Assembly (NCBI GenBank): GCA_045613905.1
Contig: JAZLBW010000039.1
Coordinates: 20,666 to 84,665, forward strand
DNA length: 64,000 nt
Direction: 5' to 3'
From: Candidatus Caccoplasma sp.
GTDB lineage: Bacteria > Bacteroidota > Bacteroidia > Bacteroidales > G3-4614
Shown: positions 18,321 through 27,368 of the stretch, piece after piece
Position numbering within the stretch: position 1 is the stretch's first letter
Layout: each line of letters opens with the position of its first letter
The notes under the pieces: model-generated
Seen by the model: only the letters and a program-made list of their open reading frames with translations
Database searches by the model: none
Told to the model about the DNA's origin: nothing
Position numbers and translations under genes: made by a program

Positions 18321-18920
18321 AAAAATAGGTAATGGTGGTACTTTTAGCCAAGAAGAGTATCCCTCACCCAACTCCTTGACGTACTTTTTCCACATTTTCT
18401 CATCCTCGCGAGAATATAAAATATCATCCTTTAGAGGCTCAACAACTCCCCACGATTGAGTTTTTATCTCCATCTTTAGTTGCGAGGCACTCCACCCGCT
18501 ATATCCTAAAAAGAATTTTACATAACCATCTATTTTATTCCCTGCCGAAAGATAAGCCAACAGAGAGACTAAATCTCCCCCTATGCTTATCCCATTTCCT
18601 ATATATCGAGAATCTATTATTGCACAACCCAATGTATGAAGGAAGAATAGGCGATCGGGCTCGACCGGTCCTCCGCAATATACAGGAATATCGGCAAAGT
18701 CTTTAAACGTTGGAGATACGGAGTTTAGAGTAAAAGGGAATGGCTTGTTTTGAACAAATCCCATTATATCGTTCTCTCCTTCAAACGCGGCGAGATATAC
18801 GACAGAACGGCTAAACCAAACATCATCAAGCAATGGGTTTGCCACCAATATTCTGTTTTTATCTGCCGACTTCCTGTTTGGCGTAATACCGAACAAATCG
18901 GAATAGTTCACATTTTCCAT
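18315..18920 (-). CDS. yqgE: YqgE/AlgH-family (UPF0301) protein
   Basis: 201 aa. ILVANPLLDDVWFSRSVVYL ... GYSGWSASQL, the typical family pattern. Confidence 0.85.
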   Translation of the reverse strand: MENVNYSDLFGITPNRKSADKNRILVANPLLDDVWFSRSVVYLAAFEGENDIMGFVQNKPFPFTLNSVSPTFKDFADIPVYCGGPVEPDRLFFLHTLGCAIIDSRYIGNGISIGGDLVSLLAYLSAGNKIDGYVKFFLGYSGWSASQLKMEIKTQSWGVVEPLKDDILYSREDEKMWKKYVKELGEGYSSWLKVPPLPIFN

Positions 18921-18978
18921 CTCCTCTTTTTTATATGGCAGGTTCTATAAATTAGTCTGATTAGAACTTACAATAAAA

Positions 18979-19015
18979 GAGCGGCACTCTCCTTTTTAGG
19001 GAAATAATGCCGCTC
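18979..19015 (-). terminator. Rho-independent terminator after the ROK kinase gene
   Basis: The minus strand reads GAGCGGCA...(21-nt loop)...TGCCGCTC followed by ttttatt, 19 nt downstream of the stop at 19034. Confidence 0.65.
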
Positions 19016-19033
19016 AAACAATATTGCTTTTTA

Positions 19034-20002
19034 TTATTTTCTATCTTTTGCTTCCCATCCAAGAGCACTTGCTCCCAATACAGCAGCATCACTCTCTTTC
19101 AATTCAGAGAACAATAAAGAAACTTTGTTTTTGTATATATTCAACATGTTACGCTCCATGCTCTCTTTAATTGGTTTCATTATCAAATCTCCAGATTTTG
19201 CAAGACCTCCAAACAATACAATTGCTTTAGGACTTGTAAATGCTGTGAAGTTAGCAAAAGCCTCACCTAAGATTTGTCCTGTATATTCAAAAATATCTTT
19301 AGCAATTTGGTCTCCGGCTATTGCTGCATCGTAAACATCTTTTGATGTAATATCTTGAATAGGAATTTGGCGCAACAAACTATTATCTTTACGGATTTCC
19401 AAGAATTCGCGAGCAGTACGAGCAACTCCTGTTGCTGACGCATAAGTCTCAAGACATCCTGTTCTTCCGCAACCACATGCTCTTCCATTGACCGGTTTTA
19501 CGATAACGTGACCCAACTCTCCTGCGAATCCGTCATGTCCGTAAACCAATTGCCCGTTTACTACGATACCACTACCTACTCCTGTACCAAGAGTAATCAT
19601 AATGAAATCTTTCAAACCACGAGCCGCACCGTATGTCATCTCCCCAATTGCAGCAGCATTAGCATCGTTTGTCAATGCAACGGGTATACCGAATTTTTCT
19701 GATAACATATCAGCCAATGGCAACACTCCTCTCCATGGCAAGTTGGGAGCGAACTCTATTGTTCCATTGAAATAGTTACCGTTAGGCGCTCCTACTCCAA
19801 TTCCTGCTATTTTATCAACTGCATCGTTTTTCTCTAAAAGTTGGAACAAGTTCTCATGAAGTTCATTTACATAATCTTCAATTTTTGAATGTTTACCTGT
19901 TTTTATTGAACCATTATCAATTATTGTTCCACGTGCATCTACGATGCCGAATACGGTATTGGTACCACCTATATCAATACCCACTACATAAGGTTTGCTC
20001 AT
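19034..20002 (-). CDS. ROK-family sugar kinase (glucokinase / N-acetylhexosamine kinase, RokA-like)
   Basis: 322 aa. GIDIGGTN ATP-binding start, and the ROK zinc motif GHVIVKPVNGRACGCGRTGCLE. Confidence 0.85.
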   Translation of the reverse strand: MSKPYVVGIDIGGTNTVFGIVDARGTIIDNGSIKTGKHSKIEDYVNELHENLFQLLEKNDAVDKIAGIGVGAPNGNYFNGTIEFAPNLPWRGVLPLADMLSEKFGIPVALTNDANAAAIGEMTYGAARGLKDFIMITLGTGVGSGIVVNGQLVYGHDGFAGELGHVIVKPVNGRACGCGRTGCLETYASATGVARTAREFLEIRKDNSLLRQIPIQDITSKDVYDAAIAGDQIAKDIFEYTGQILGEAFANFTAFTSPKAIVLFGGLAKSGDLIMKPIKESMERNMLNIYKNKVSLLFSELKESDAAVLGASALGWEAKDRK

Positions 20003-20052
20003 AATTATTATATTTTTGGGTTATACATATGTATATGTTAATTGCTTTAACG

Positions 20053-20060
20053 CAAAGTTA
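20053..20060 (-). promoter_or_regulatory. Candidate -7 box (TAACTTTG) for the ROK kinase gene
   Basis: The minus strand reads TAACTTTG 50 nt upstream of the ATG. A second match (TATCTTTG) lies at 20080-20087. Confidence 0.4.
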
Positions 20061-20147
20061 TATCTCTTTTTCTTTATTTCAAAGATAGAGCTATCACTTT
20101 TTTTTATTTTTTTACACTTTGTGCTATTTATCGTACTTTTTTATCTG

Positions 20148-21356
20148 TTATTCCATACGCACGACAGCCACTTCTGCAACCCTGACCCCGGGTTTTAACT
20201 CTCCTCCTATCGAGAAAAGCACTCCGTCTTTATGCAACAAGGCAGCTCCTGCTCGCGATGTTGATTGTGTAACAACTATCTCTTCCCAATTGTTTCTTAA
20301 CGAATTATAAACCAATACACGAGAATTAAATTTATACCACTCCGGTAATTGCAACATATAATCCTTTGCTTCGGCTCGCAACTGTTTTTCCGTCAATATA
20401 TCGTTCTCTGCCACAGCGCTTTTTATAGCGGCCTCGCGTTGCAATGCTTTTAAGAAAATATCTTTATCCACACCTCCTGTAAATGCCACCATGGTATCGT
20501 TTATGGCTGTAACTGCTGCTCCGCCTAAAAATATTTCGTTTTCGCCAATTTTAGGCGAAGCTACCTCGCTCCACTCTCCTTTTTTAAAGGAGTATCTATA
20601 TCCCGAAGGTGAAACAGAAGGTTCAGTTTCGGATGTAGAGGTTGAAAAGCCACCCCATATATAAAGAGATTTGCCATCTTCAGGGTTTGTCATTACAGCA
20701 CATACTGGTTGAACTCGCGGATTCCCGGGAAACGAAGGTAATTCTACCCACTCCTGCTGCAAGTTTGTAAAATCCAAAAGGAATACTCTGTTTGATGGCA
20801 TCCCGTTGGCATTTCCTCCGGCCACAAAAATCATTGTGTCCAATGCCGCACCTCCCATATTGTCGAGAGCTACAGGCAAATCGGGCAATGGATTTATTGT
20901 AATTTCCATGGAATCCTTCTCATACATAACCAAATTTGCAGATGACAAACTTTTCTTTCCGTTTGTTCCTCCAACACAAACCACTCCTCCCAACATGGAT
21001 ACAGAAACACCATAGGCAGAAGCCTCTTCTATCTCGCCAACCTTCTGCCAATGCAACAAGGTATCATTGTCAGTTGGTATGGAAGAAGCATATATGGCTT
21101 TGTAAAAGCGTTTTTTACCTCCCTCCGCAGCAGGCTCTTCGGGGAAATTACATCCTCCCATAAAAATGAGATTATCATCTACAATTCCTGCATACACAGC
21201 AGACAAGCCCTTCTCTGTGCCATCGGTAGCCGAGGGAAATGGATAGATTGTTACTAAAGGAGTTTCTATCTCGTTATTTTCACAAGAAGCAAAAAGCATC
21301 ACTGCCACAAAAAGTAGGCAGTAATGCTTTAGGTTTGTAATATTAAATAAGTTCAT
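20148..21356 (-). CDS. nanM: Kelch-repeat sialic acid mutarotase-like lipoprotein (NanM-like, cyclically permuted mutarotase family)
   Basis: 402 aa. Lipoprotein-type signal (LLFVAVMLFASCENN). Repeated GG..G / W.....P beta-propeller pattern. Sits directly downstream of nanE and nanL. Confidence 0.6.
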   Translation of the reverse strand: MNLFNITNLKHYCLLFVAVMLFASCENNEIETPLVTIYPFPSATDGTEKGLSAVYAGIVDDNLIFMGGCNFPEEPAAEGGKKRFYKAIYASSIPTDNDTLLHWQKVGEIEEASAYGVSVSMLGGVVCVGGTNGKKSLSSANLVMYEKDSMEITINPLPDLPVALDNMGGAALDTMIFVAGGNANGMPSNRVFLLDFTNLQQEWVELPSFPGNPRVQPVCAVMTNPEDGKSLYIWGGFSTSTSETEPSVSPSGYRYSFKKGEWSEVASPKIGENEIFLGGAAVTAINDTMVAFTGGVDKDIFLKALQREAAIKSAVAENDILTEKQLRAEAKDYMLQLPEWYKFNSRVLVYNSLRNNWEEIVVTQSTSRAGAALLHKDGVLFSIGGELKPGVRVAEVAVVRME

Positions 21357-21362
21357 CTCTTT

Positions 21363-22544
21363 TTACATATTCAATATATCATAACATAACATATATGAAC
21401 GTATCATCATACGAGGTATGTGGAACGGACCTTTAAAGATGTTTCCTTTTGCAGGTTGAGCCACTGTTCCATCGCGATGCAAATATCCATACCACTCGCC
21501 AAACTCTTTATCGGGGAAGTGAGAGTATGTCCAATCGCTGATTTGTTTGTGCATCTCAAGATATTTTTCATCTTTTGTTGCCAAATATGCATACAGAGTG
21601 GCAATTATGGCTTCGGTTTGTGGCCACCAGAACTTCATATCTTGCGAGTAGTCTTGAGGTGGGTAGTTTTTGCAATCTTTAAAGTTTATTATACCTCCAT
21701 ATTGCTCATCCCAACCCCATTTCCAAGACCAATCAAGAATGGTGGTGGCAGTATCAACAATATCCTTATCCCAATTGCGATAACGAGCCTCTTCCAACAA
21801 GAACCATGCAGTTTCGATACAGTGACCGGGATTGATTGTGCGACCGTTTATTGTATCTATAACCTCACCATTCTCACCAACCATCTCGAGCAAAGCTTCA
21901 TACTCAGGGTGAATGAAATATTTTTTCAAATCAGATATTGACTCCTCAATGCGTTTATCAAGCATTGCAGAAGGTATTGCTGCTCTTATTCGAGATGCAG
22001 TATTAATCAATATCATTGTTATTGAGTGTCCGCGAGCCTTCAGGGTATCAAGATATTTTGGCTCCAATACTCCTGGAGTTTCGAGATAATACAGTATTCT
22101 CTCAAACAGATTCAACGCTTTTGTTGCGTATGTTTTATCACCAGAAGCTATTGAATACTCAGACATTGCAATAGCTGCAAAACACTCAGAGAACAGATAA
22201 CGACGTTTACGAAGAGGTGTTCCGTCTGCCATAACCTCAAAATACATTCTTCCATCGCTATCAAAGCAGTGTGCCTCGATGAAATCGATACAGCTTTTTG
22301 ACGCTGCCAACCACTCTGCATTTCTCTCAATATTGTTATATGCAAAAGCGGCTACAAAACCAAAACGACCTTGAAACCAAACCGATTTGGTTGTATCTAT
22401 CAACGAGCCATCACGATTTAGACATGTGTAAACGCCACCGTTTTCTTTATCCAATCCGTATTTCAACCAAAAGGGCATTATGTTGTTTACAAAATCATTT
22501 TTGTAACTCTCTTGCCACTCTTTAATATATGCTTTTACGTCCAT
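21363..22544 (-). CDS. nanE: N-acylglucosamine 2-epimerase (AGE family; the Bacteroides NanE type)
   Basis: 393 aa. AGE/renin-binding-protein family pattern (FWLKYGLDKENGGVYTCLNRDG, KFWWPQTEAI, KGPFHIPR). Confidence 0.85.
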   Translation of the reverse strand: MDVKAYIKEWQESYKNDFVNNIMPFWLKYGLDKENGGVYTCLNRDGSLIDTTKSVWFQGRFGFVAAFAYNNIERNAEWLAASKSCIDFIEAHCFDSDGRMYFEVMADGTPLRKRRYLFSECFAAIAMSEYSIASGDKTYATKALNLFERILYYLETPGVLEPKYLDTLKARGHSITMILINTASRIRAAIPSAMLDKRIEESISDLKKYFIHPEYEALLEMVGENGEVIDTINGRTINPGHCIETAWFLLEEARYRNWDKDIVDTATTILDWSWKWGWDEQYGGIINFKDCKNYPPQDYSQDMKFWWPQTEAIIATLYAYLATKDEKYLEMHKQISDWTYSHFPDKEFGEWYGYLHRDGTVAQPAKGNIFKGPFHIPRMMIRSYMLCYDILNM

Positions 22545-22549
22545 TGTTT

Positions 22550-23467
22550 TTAGAATTTATTACAACGTTCAAAGAAATTTATTGCCTCCAACTCTTTTTT
22601 CATTGCAGCCTCCTCTTCGTCGGTCATATTACGGAAAGGAGTACGGTTTTTACCCAAGTCAAGACCAATAAGTTTCATTATACGTTTTCCGCCAACAATA
22701 TTACCACGATAGTGGCAAATTACATTGATTACCTCTTGAGAAAAGTTTTGACGTTCACGAGCCGACTCAATATTACCGGCATTCCAATCCTCGATTATAC
22801 CAACCAACTCACGTCCGTTATAGTTTGTTGTTCCTCCTATTCCTCCTTGAGCTCCGCCCATTGCAAGAGAAGGGAGAATAGTTTCGTCTTGTCCGTGAAG
22901 CATGTCGAATTTTCCGTCTTTATACAAACGACATTGGTTATATTCGTAAATACTCTCGAATGTATATTTAATTCCTGCAAAGTTAGGTACTCTGCCATCA
23001 ACTGCAGCCAATAGCTCTGTCATTGGCAAGAAAGCTCCGTTAAATGCAGGGATATGATAGTAGTAGAATGGTAATTCAGGAGCTCCTGAAGCAATCTCCT
23101 CGATATATTTCACCAACTCCTCGATGCGTCCGATTTTTGGGAATGGAGGTGCCATTGCACCAATACCCCATGCTCCTATCTCTTGTGCGTGACGAGCCAA
23201 CTCTTTGCTCGATTTCACACAACAGCTACCAACGTGGACTATCACTTTAAAATCTTTTGGAGCGCACTCCATCCAACGCTCTGCAAGACGTTTACGCTCG
23301 TCATCGGTAAGCATATAACCCTCACCTGAAGATCCGTTGATAAATACTCCTTTCAATCCGTTTTTATATAACATATCGGCATAAGCCGCAATTGGTTCAT
23401 AATTTACCTCGCCATTTTCATAAAATGGGGTAAATGGAGCATCGATAAGTCCTTTAATCTTTTCCAT
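22550..23467 (-). CDS. nanL: N-acetylneuraminate lyase
   Basis: 305 aa, DapA/NAL family (GVFINGSSGEGYMLTDDER; Schiff-base lysine context FAGIKYT). Confidence 0.9.
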   Translation of the reverse strand: MEKIKGLIDAPFTPFYENGEVNYEPIAAYADMLYKNGLKGVFINGSSGEGYMLTDDERKRLAERWMECAPKDFKVIVHVGSCCVKSSKELARHAQEIGAWGIGAMAPPFPKIGRIEELVKYIEEIASGAPELPFYYYHIPAFNGAFLPMTELLAAVDGRVPNFAGIKYTFESIYEYNQCRLYKDGKFDMLHGQDETILPSLAMGGAQGGIGGTTNYNGRELVGIIEDWNAGNIESARERQNFSQEVINVICHYRGNIVGGKRIMKLIGLDLGKNRTPFRNMTDEEEAAMKKELEAINFFERCNKF

Positions 23468-23479
23468 AATCGTATTTTA

Positions 23480-24733
23480 TTATTCCATATTTACTGTTTT
23501 GGGTCGCAATACTGTTATTTGAACAAGCAGAGAAAGCACTACCACACCTCCAAGAAGAGCAAAACCTGTTCCGAGAGATAGATTTCCGAGAGCCGTTGTA
23601 ATAGCTGCTCCTCCGAGAACTCCTGCCATATTTATAAAACCATATGCTGTTGCTCTTTGGTTTGAGGGAACAAACTGACACAATATAGGCATGTTGTTGG
23701 TATCGAAGAATCCGTATCCAATACCAAAGCACAATATCGCCACAACCACTGCAAACAGGCTATTTCCCAAGCCCATGAACACCAACGAGGGAACTATAAG
23801 CGCAAGTCCTATACAGCTGGTATATACACGACCTCTTACATTTTTTTCAACCCATTTGTCCGATAGTTTTCCGCCTATCATTGCTCCTATGAATGAGGCT
23901 CCTGCTAGCGAGATTACAGCTATTGGACCAGCATAATCCATTGCTTTGCCAATCTCTATTCCCCAGTTGCTGTTTATTACTTTTGCCAACAATTCAGGCA
24001 ACCAATTTTTTGTTGCCCATCCCGGCATGCTCAAAGTTGTAAAGACAAACAACACTGCCCAAAATGCAACATTGGTCAATACCAACGAAATTGCTTTGAA
24101 AACACTTGGTTGGTTAGATACCGCTTGTTTTTTCTCACGCCCCGGATCACTTATGAACATTATAAGAGCAGCAGAATAAATCATTCCTATAAGGCCACAT
24201 AGCAAGAATACGTTTTGCCACTCAAGTTTGCTTGAGAATATTGAACCGAAACCTCCTGCTATCTGACCGAGATATAACCCTGTCATGTGTATTCCAATGG
24301 CGATTGAGCGTGTTTTTCCGTTATGTATATCGGCAATCAAAGATAGTGCCGCAGGTATATACAATGCCTCGCTAAATCCCATTACTGCTCGCAAAGCATA
24401 TAGTTGCCAATAATTATCAACGTAACCCATTAAAAATGTTACCGCAGACCACACAAACAAGCTTCCTACAATAAGATATTTGCGATTTAATCGGTCAGCA
24501 ATTGCACCTGAGACAGGACTCATAAGACCGTAAATCCACATAAAGGCAGCCATTAATGCTCCCCAGCCCCATGGACCTGTGTAACTTGTTGCAACCTCAA
24601 TTATATCTTCCGACATTGCAAAACGCATTGTACTGAGCATTTGTCGATCCATGTAGTTAAGGAATGCCACACCCGATAGCAATATTACCACCAACCATGG
24701 ATAGAACTTTTTGTTTTTGATATCTGCAATCAT
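23480..24733 (-). CDS. nanT: MFS transporter, probable sialic acid permease
   Basis: 417 aa with multiple TM segments and the MFS motif (LNYMDRQML; ADRLNRKYL). First gene of the nan cluster. Confidence 0.75.
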   Translation of the reverse strand: MIADIKNKKFYPWLVVILLSGVAFLNYMDRQMLSTMRFAMSEDIIEVATSYTGPWGWGALMAAFMWIYGLMSPVSGAIADRLNRKYLIVGSLFVWSAVTFLMGYVDNYWQLYALRAVMGFSEALYIPAALSLIADIHNGKTRSIAIGIHMTGLYLGQIAGGFGSIFSSKLEWQNVFLLCGLIGMIYSAALIMFISDPGREKKQAVSNQPSVFKAISLVLTNVAFWAVLFVFTTLSMPGWATKNWLPELLAKVINSNWGIEIGKAMDYAGPIAVISLAGASFIGAMIGGKLSDKWVEKNVRGRVYTSCIGLALIVPSLVFMGLGNSLFAVVVAILCFGIGYGFFDTNNMPILCQFVPSNQRATAYGFINMAGVLGGAAITTALGNLSLGTGFALLGGVVVLSLLVQITVLRPKTVNME

Positions 24734-24751
24734 CTTTTTTTAGTTATAAAA

Positions 24752-24780
24752 AACCTGAACGAGAGCCTCTCATTCAGGTT
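24752..24780 (-). terminator. Intrinsic-terminator-like hairpin located in the nanT leader
   Basis: The minus strand reads AACCTGAA-t-GAG-aggct-CTC-g-TTCAGGTT, running into a T-run (TTTTTTAT). The T-run ends 15 nt before the nanT ATG. The hairpin lies 79 nt downstream of the TonB-receptor stop. Confidence 0.6.
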
Positions 24781-24804
24781 ACTGTTTTAGCACTCATTTA
24801 GGTG

Positions 24805-24835
24805 CAAACTTAATAATTGTTTAGCTATTTTCAAA
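24805..24835 (-). promoter_or_regulatory. Candidate promoter: -33 TTTG, 19-nt spacer, -7 TAAGTTTG
   Basis: The minus strand reads TTTG (24835-24832), then 19 nt, then TAAGTTTG (24812-24805). It lies upstream of the hairpin at 24752-24780 and of nanT. Confidence 0.45.
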
Positions 24836-24858
24836 ATTATTGTCGGCAAAGTTGCGGA

Positions 24859-27234
24859 TTAAAACTTAACCGCAAGATCTACTCCAAATGTGATTGGTCT
24901 GCCTCGCTCCACAAACGAAGATTGCGACATTACATCTTTTGCGTTGAGTGTTTCAAAATAGAATACGTTGTAATTGGTAGCTGTCAGGTTTTTACCCCAT
25001 ATTGACAAAGATATATCTTCTAATCGCAGTGTTATATTTGAGTTTAACAAAGCATAGAAGTTTTGCCATACATCGTTTGCTTCGGTCCAATATATGCGAC
25101 CTTGCCCTGTCATACCTACATTAAAATCAATCGCATCCAACCATTTTTTGTTTATATCCAAACTATATGTTGCATCAAGAGCCAGAGTGTGAGCGGGAGC
25201 AAACGGAACAAAGTTTCCTGCATACGAGCGCTCACCATCGAAATTATCGCGGAAAATGGCGTGAGTGTAACCGTATGAAGCAGATAGTTGCAATGGTTTA
25301 ATTGGAGAATATCTCAACGATGTTTCAACTCCTTTACTGTGTGTGCGACCCGAGTTTTTAGTTACACGTCCAAAACCTTCAACAACAGAGATTTGTTGAT
25401 CTTTGCAATCGATAAAGAATAGAGCCAAATCAAATCCTACTCTCTTTCCAGGGTTGTCGTAGTGCATTCCAACCTCATAGTTCCAGCTATGTTCGGGAGC
25501 ATAGCTTATCATTGAATTAACATCGGTTGCTTTGGTCATTGATTCGGGCAACATAGAGGAGTATTTTCCTATCGCTCCCAATATCATCTCATTACGAATT
25601 ATGTTCGAGAAGGCTTGGAAGTTGTAACCTCCCGAACGATACCCTCTTGCAACAGAAGCATATGCAAACATGTTTTTTGAGGCTTTATACTCCAATTCAA
25701 AACGAGGTAAAAGTTCCAAAGCATCCATACTCTCATCCCCCTCAACCGCTAAAGACACATCAACCGCCTCGTTTATTTTTACCGGGAACGGCATAGATGG
25801 TATCGACATTGAGCCCGTGATTGCTCCTGTCATGTTTCGCAACGACTGAGTTGCATGTTTAAGCTTAGTTTTTTCATACTCTAAACGTAAACCTACAGTT
25901 AGCGACAATCCCTCGGTAAATAGGTTGTTGTATGTTGCTTGCGAATATCCTGCCACACCCCATGATGGAGTTTTATACAATCCATCAACACACAAAGGCT
26001 CTGTTTTATCGAGAGTCAACGATAAATCTTTGGGCCCTTTAAAATTGGGACGAGATGCTATTTGCGCATACATTGTGTTAAACGGATTCTCCACCATATA
26101 TTGCAATCCCTCGTCATAGAATGTCACAGGTCCTTTTGTTCTTATATGCGAGTAGTATCCATATACTCCCGCCAACCAATCCCAACCACGTTTTGTCTGT
26201 GGAGATTTAATCACAATTTCTTGTGTTATGGAGTTCTGTTTCTGCTTTTGTTGCAATGTGAAATCGCGAACAGGAGTAAAGTCTTGGTCGAGATTCATAT
26301 CGTCGGTTAAGAATTGATAACTTGTAACCGAATTCAATAGGAATTTTTTATGAGTATATGCCACCTTTAACGATGTTACCGACATATTTCTTCTGTAGCC
26401 AGCATAATCATTATAGTTTATGGGAGATACCTCTTGAGTTTGTTTGTTGTACTCACGATATGGGTAACCGTTTTGGTCACTGAACTCATACATTGATGTA
26501 AGAGCTATATCCAACGACGAATTGGGTCGGAACTGTAAACGAAGGTTTGCTCCTGCAACCATCTCATCTCCACAATTCTCTTCGGTATATTCATTTACGA
26601 AATAACCGTCGTGTGCATCAAAATTAGCAGACAAGGAGAAAGCGAATTTATCGGAAATTTTCTTTCTGTAGCCTGCCATCACATTGTAGTCATCGTAGTT
26701 GGCATATCCAAATTTTAATTTAAATCCCTCATCATCAAACGGCGATACTGTATATACATTTATCAATCCTGCCATTGTGTTGCGACCAAAGAGTGTTCCT
26801 TGAGGACCACGAAAAACCTCAACCTTTGAAATGTCCGAAAAATTGAAGTCAAAAGAACTTTTATCGAGATACGGAACATCATCAACATACAATCCTACGG
26901 CAGGGGAGTTTATACGAGAACCGATACCTCGGATATACATAGCCGAGATAAGTTTTGAACCATAATCGGGGAGATAGAGATTTGGGACATACGATGAAAG
27001 GTCTTTAATTGAAACAACATTATTTTTCTCCAGCTCCTTTGCATCAAGCAAAGAGACCGAACCCGGGAAATATTGCAAAGGAGTGTTTGTTTTTGGGTTT
27101 GAAACTATCTCAACCTCCTCCAAATCTATGCTATATTTTATTGAATCGGGAGAAACATATGTTAATGCGTTTTCTGCTGATACTGCGAAAGACAGTAGTG
27201 CTAAAAGAGTAAATAATACCTGTTTTTTTACCAT
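24859..27234 (-). CDS. TonB-dependent outer-membrane receptor (siderophore/metal type, no SusD partner)
   Basis: 791 aa. Signal peptide, plug-domain motifs (IRGIGSRINSPAVGLYVDDVPY, FRGPQGTLFGRNTMAG) and a C-terminal beta-barrel ending in F. Confidence 0.9.
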   Translation of the reverse strand: MVKKQVLFTLLALLSFAVSAENALTYVSPDSIKYSIDLEEVEIVSNPKTNTPLQYFPGSVSLLDAKELEKNNVVSIKDLSSYVPNLYLPDYGSKLISAMYIRGIGSRINSPAVGLYVDDVPYLDKSSFDFNFSDISKVEVFRGPQGTLFGRNTMAGLINVYTVSPFDDEGFKLKFGYANYDDYNVMAGYRKKISDKFAFSLSANFDAHDGYFVNEYTEENCGDEMVAGANLRLQFRPNSSLDIALTSMYEFSDQNGYPYREYNKQTQEVSPINYNDYAGYRRNMSVTSLKVAYTHKKFLLNSVTSYQFLTDDMNLDQDFTPVRDFTLQQKQKQNSITQEIVIKSPQTKRGWDWLAGVYGYYSHIRTKGPVTFYDEGLQYMVENPFNTMYAQIASRPNFKGPKDLSLTLDKTEPLCVDGLYKTPSWGVAGYSQATYNNLFTEGLSLTVGLRLEYEKTKLKHATQSLRNMTGAITGSMSIPSMPFPVKINEAVDVSLAVEGDESMDALELLPRFELEYKASKNMFAYASVARGYRSGGYNFQAFSNIIRNEMILGAIGKYSSMLPESMTKATDVNSMISYAPEHSWNYEVGMHYDNPGKRVGFDLALFFIDCKDQQISVVEGFGRVTKNSGRTHSKGVETSLRYSPIKPLQLSASYGYTHAIFRDNFDGERSYAGNFVPFAPAHTLALDATYSLDINKKWLDAIDFNVGMTGQGRIYWTEANDVWQNFYALLNSNITLRLEDISLSIWGKNLTATNYNVFYFETLNAKDVMSQSSFVERGRPITFGVDLAVKF

Positions 27235-27271
27235 TTGATTAGTGCCTTAAAATTGTATTTTTTCCTACGTG

Positions 27272-27279
27272 CAAAATTA
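27272..27279 (-). promoter_or_regulatory. Candidate -7 box (TAATTTTG) for the TonB-dependent receptor
   Basis: The minus strand reads TAATTTTG 37 nt upstream of the ATG at 27234. Confidence 0.4.
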
Positions 27280-27341
27280 CCAAACTATGAGGAAGCAATC
27301 AACTATCATTTTTTATAGTTTTATATTATGCCTAATTATAT

Positions 27342-27349
27342 TAACTTTG
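27342..27349 (+). promoter_or_regulatory. Candidate -7 box (TAACTTTG) for the LuxR-type regulator
   Basis: A TAnnTTTG match 19 nt upstream of the ATG at 27369. Confidence 0.4.
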
Positions 27350-27368
27350 CAGAGTAAACATTTTATTT

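Noticed and set aside
27235-27368. A cobalamin or other riboswitch upstream of the TonB-dependent receptor.
   Set aside because: The candidate -7 box lies only about 37 nt from the ATG, leaving no room for a riboswitch aptamer. No conserved riboswitch core sequence was seen.
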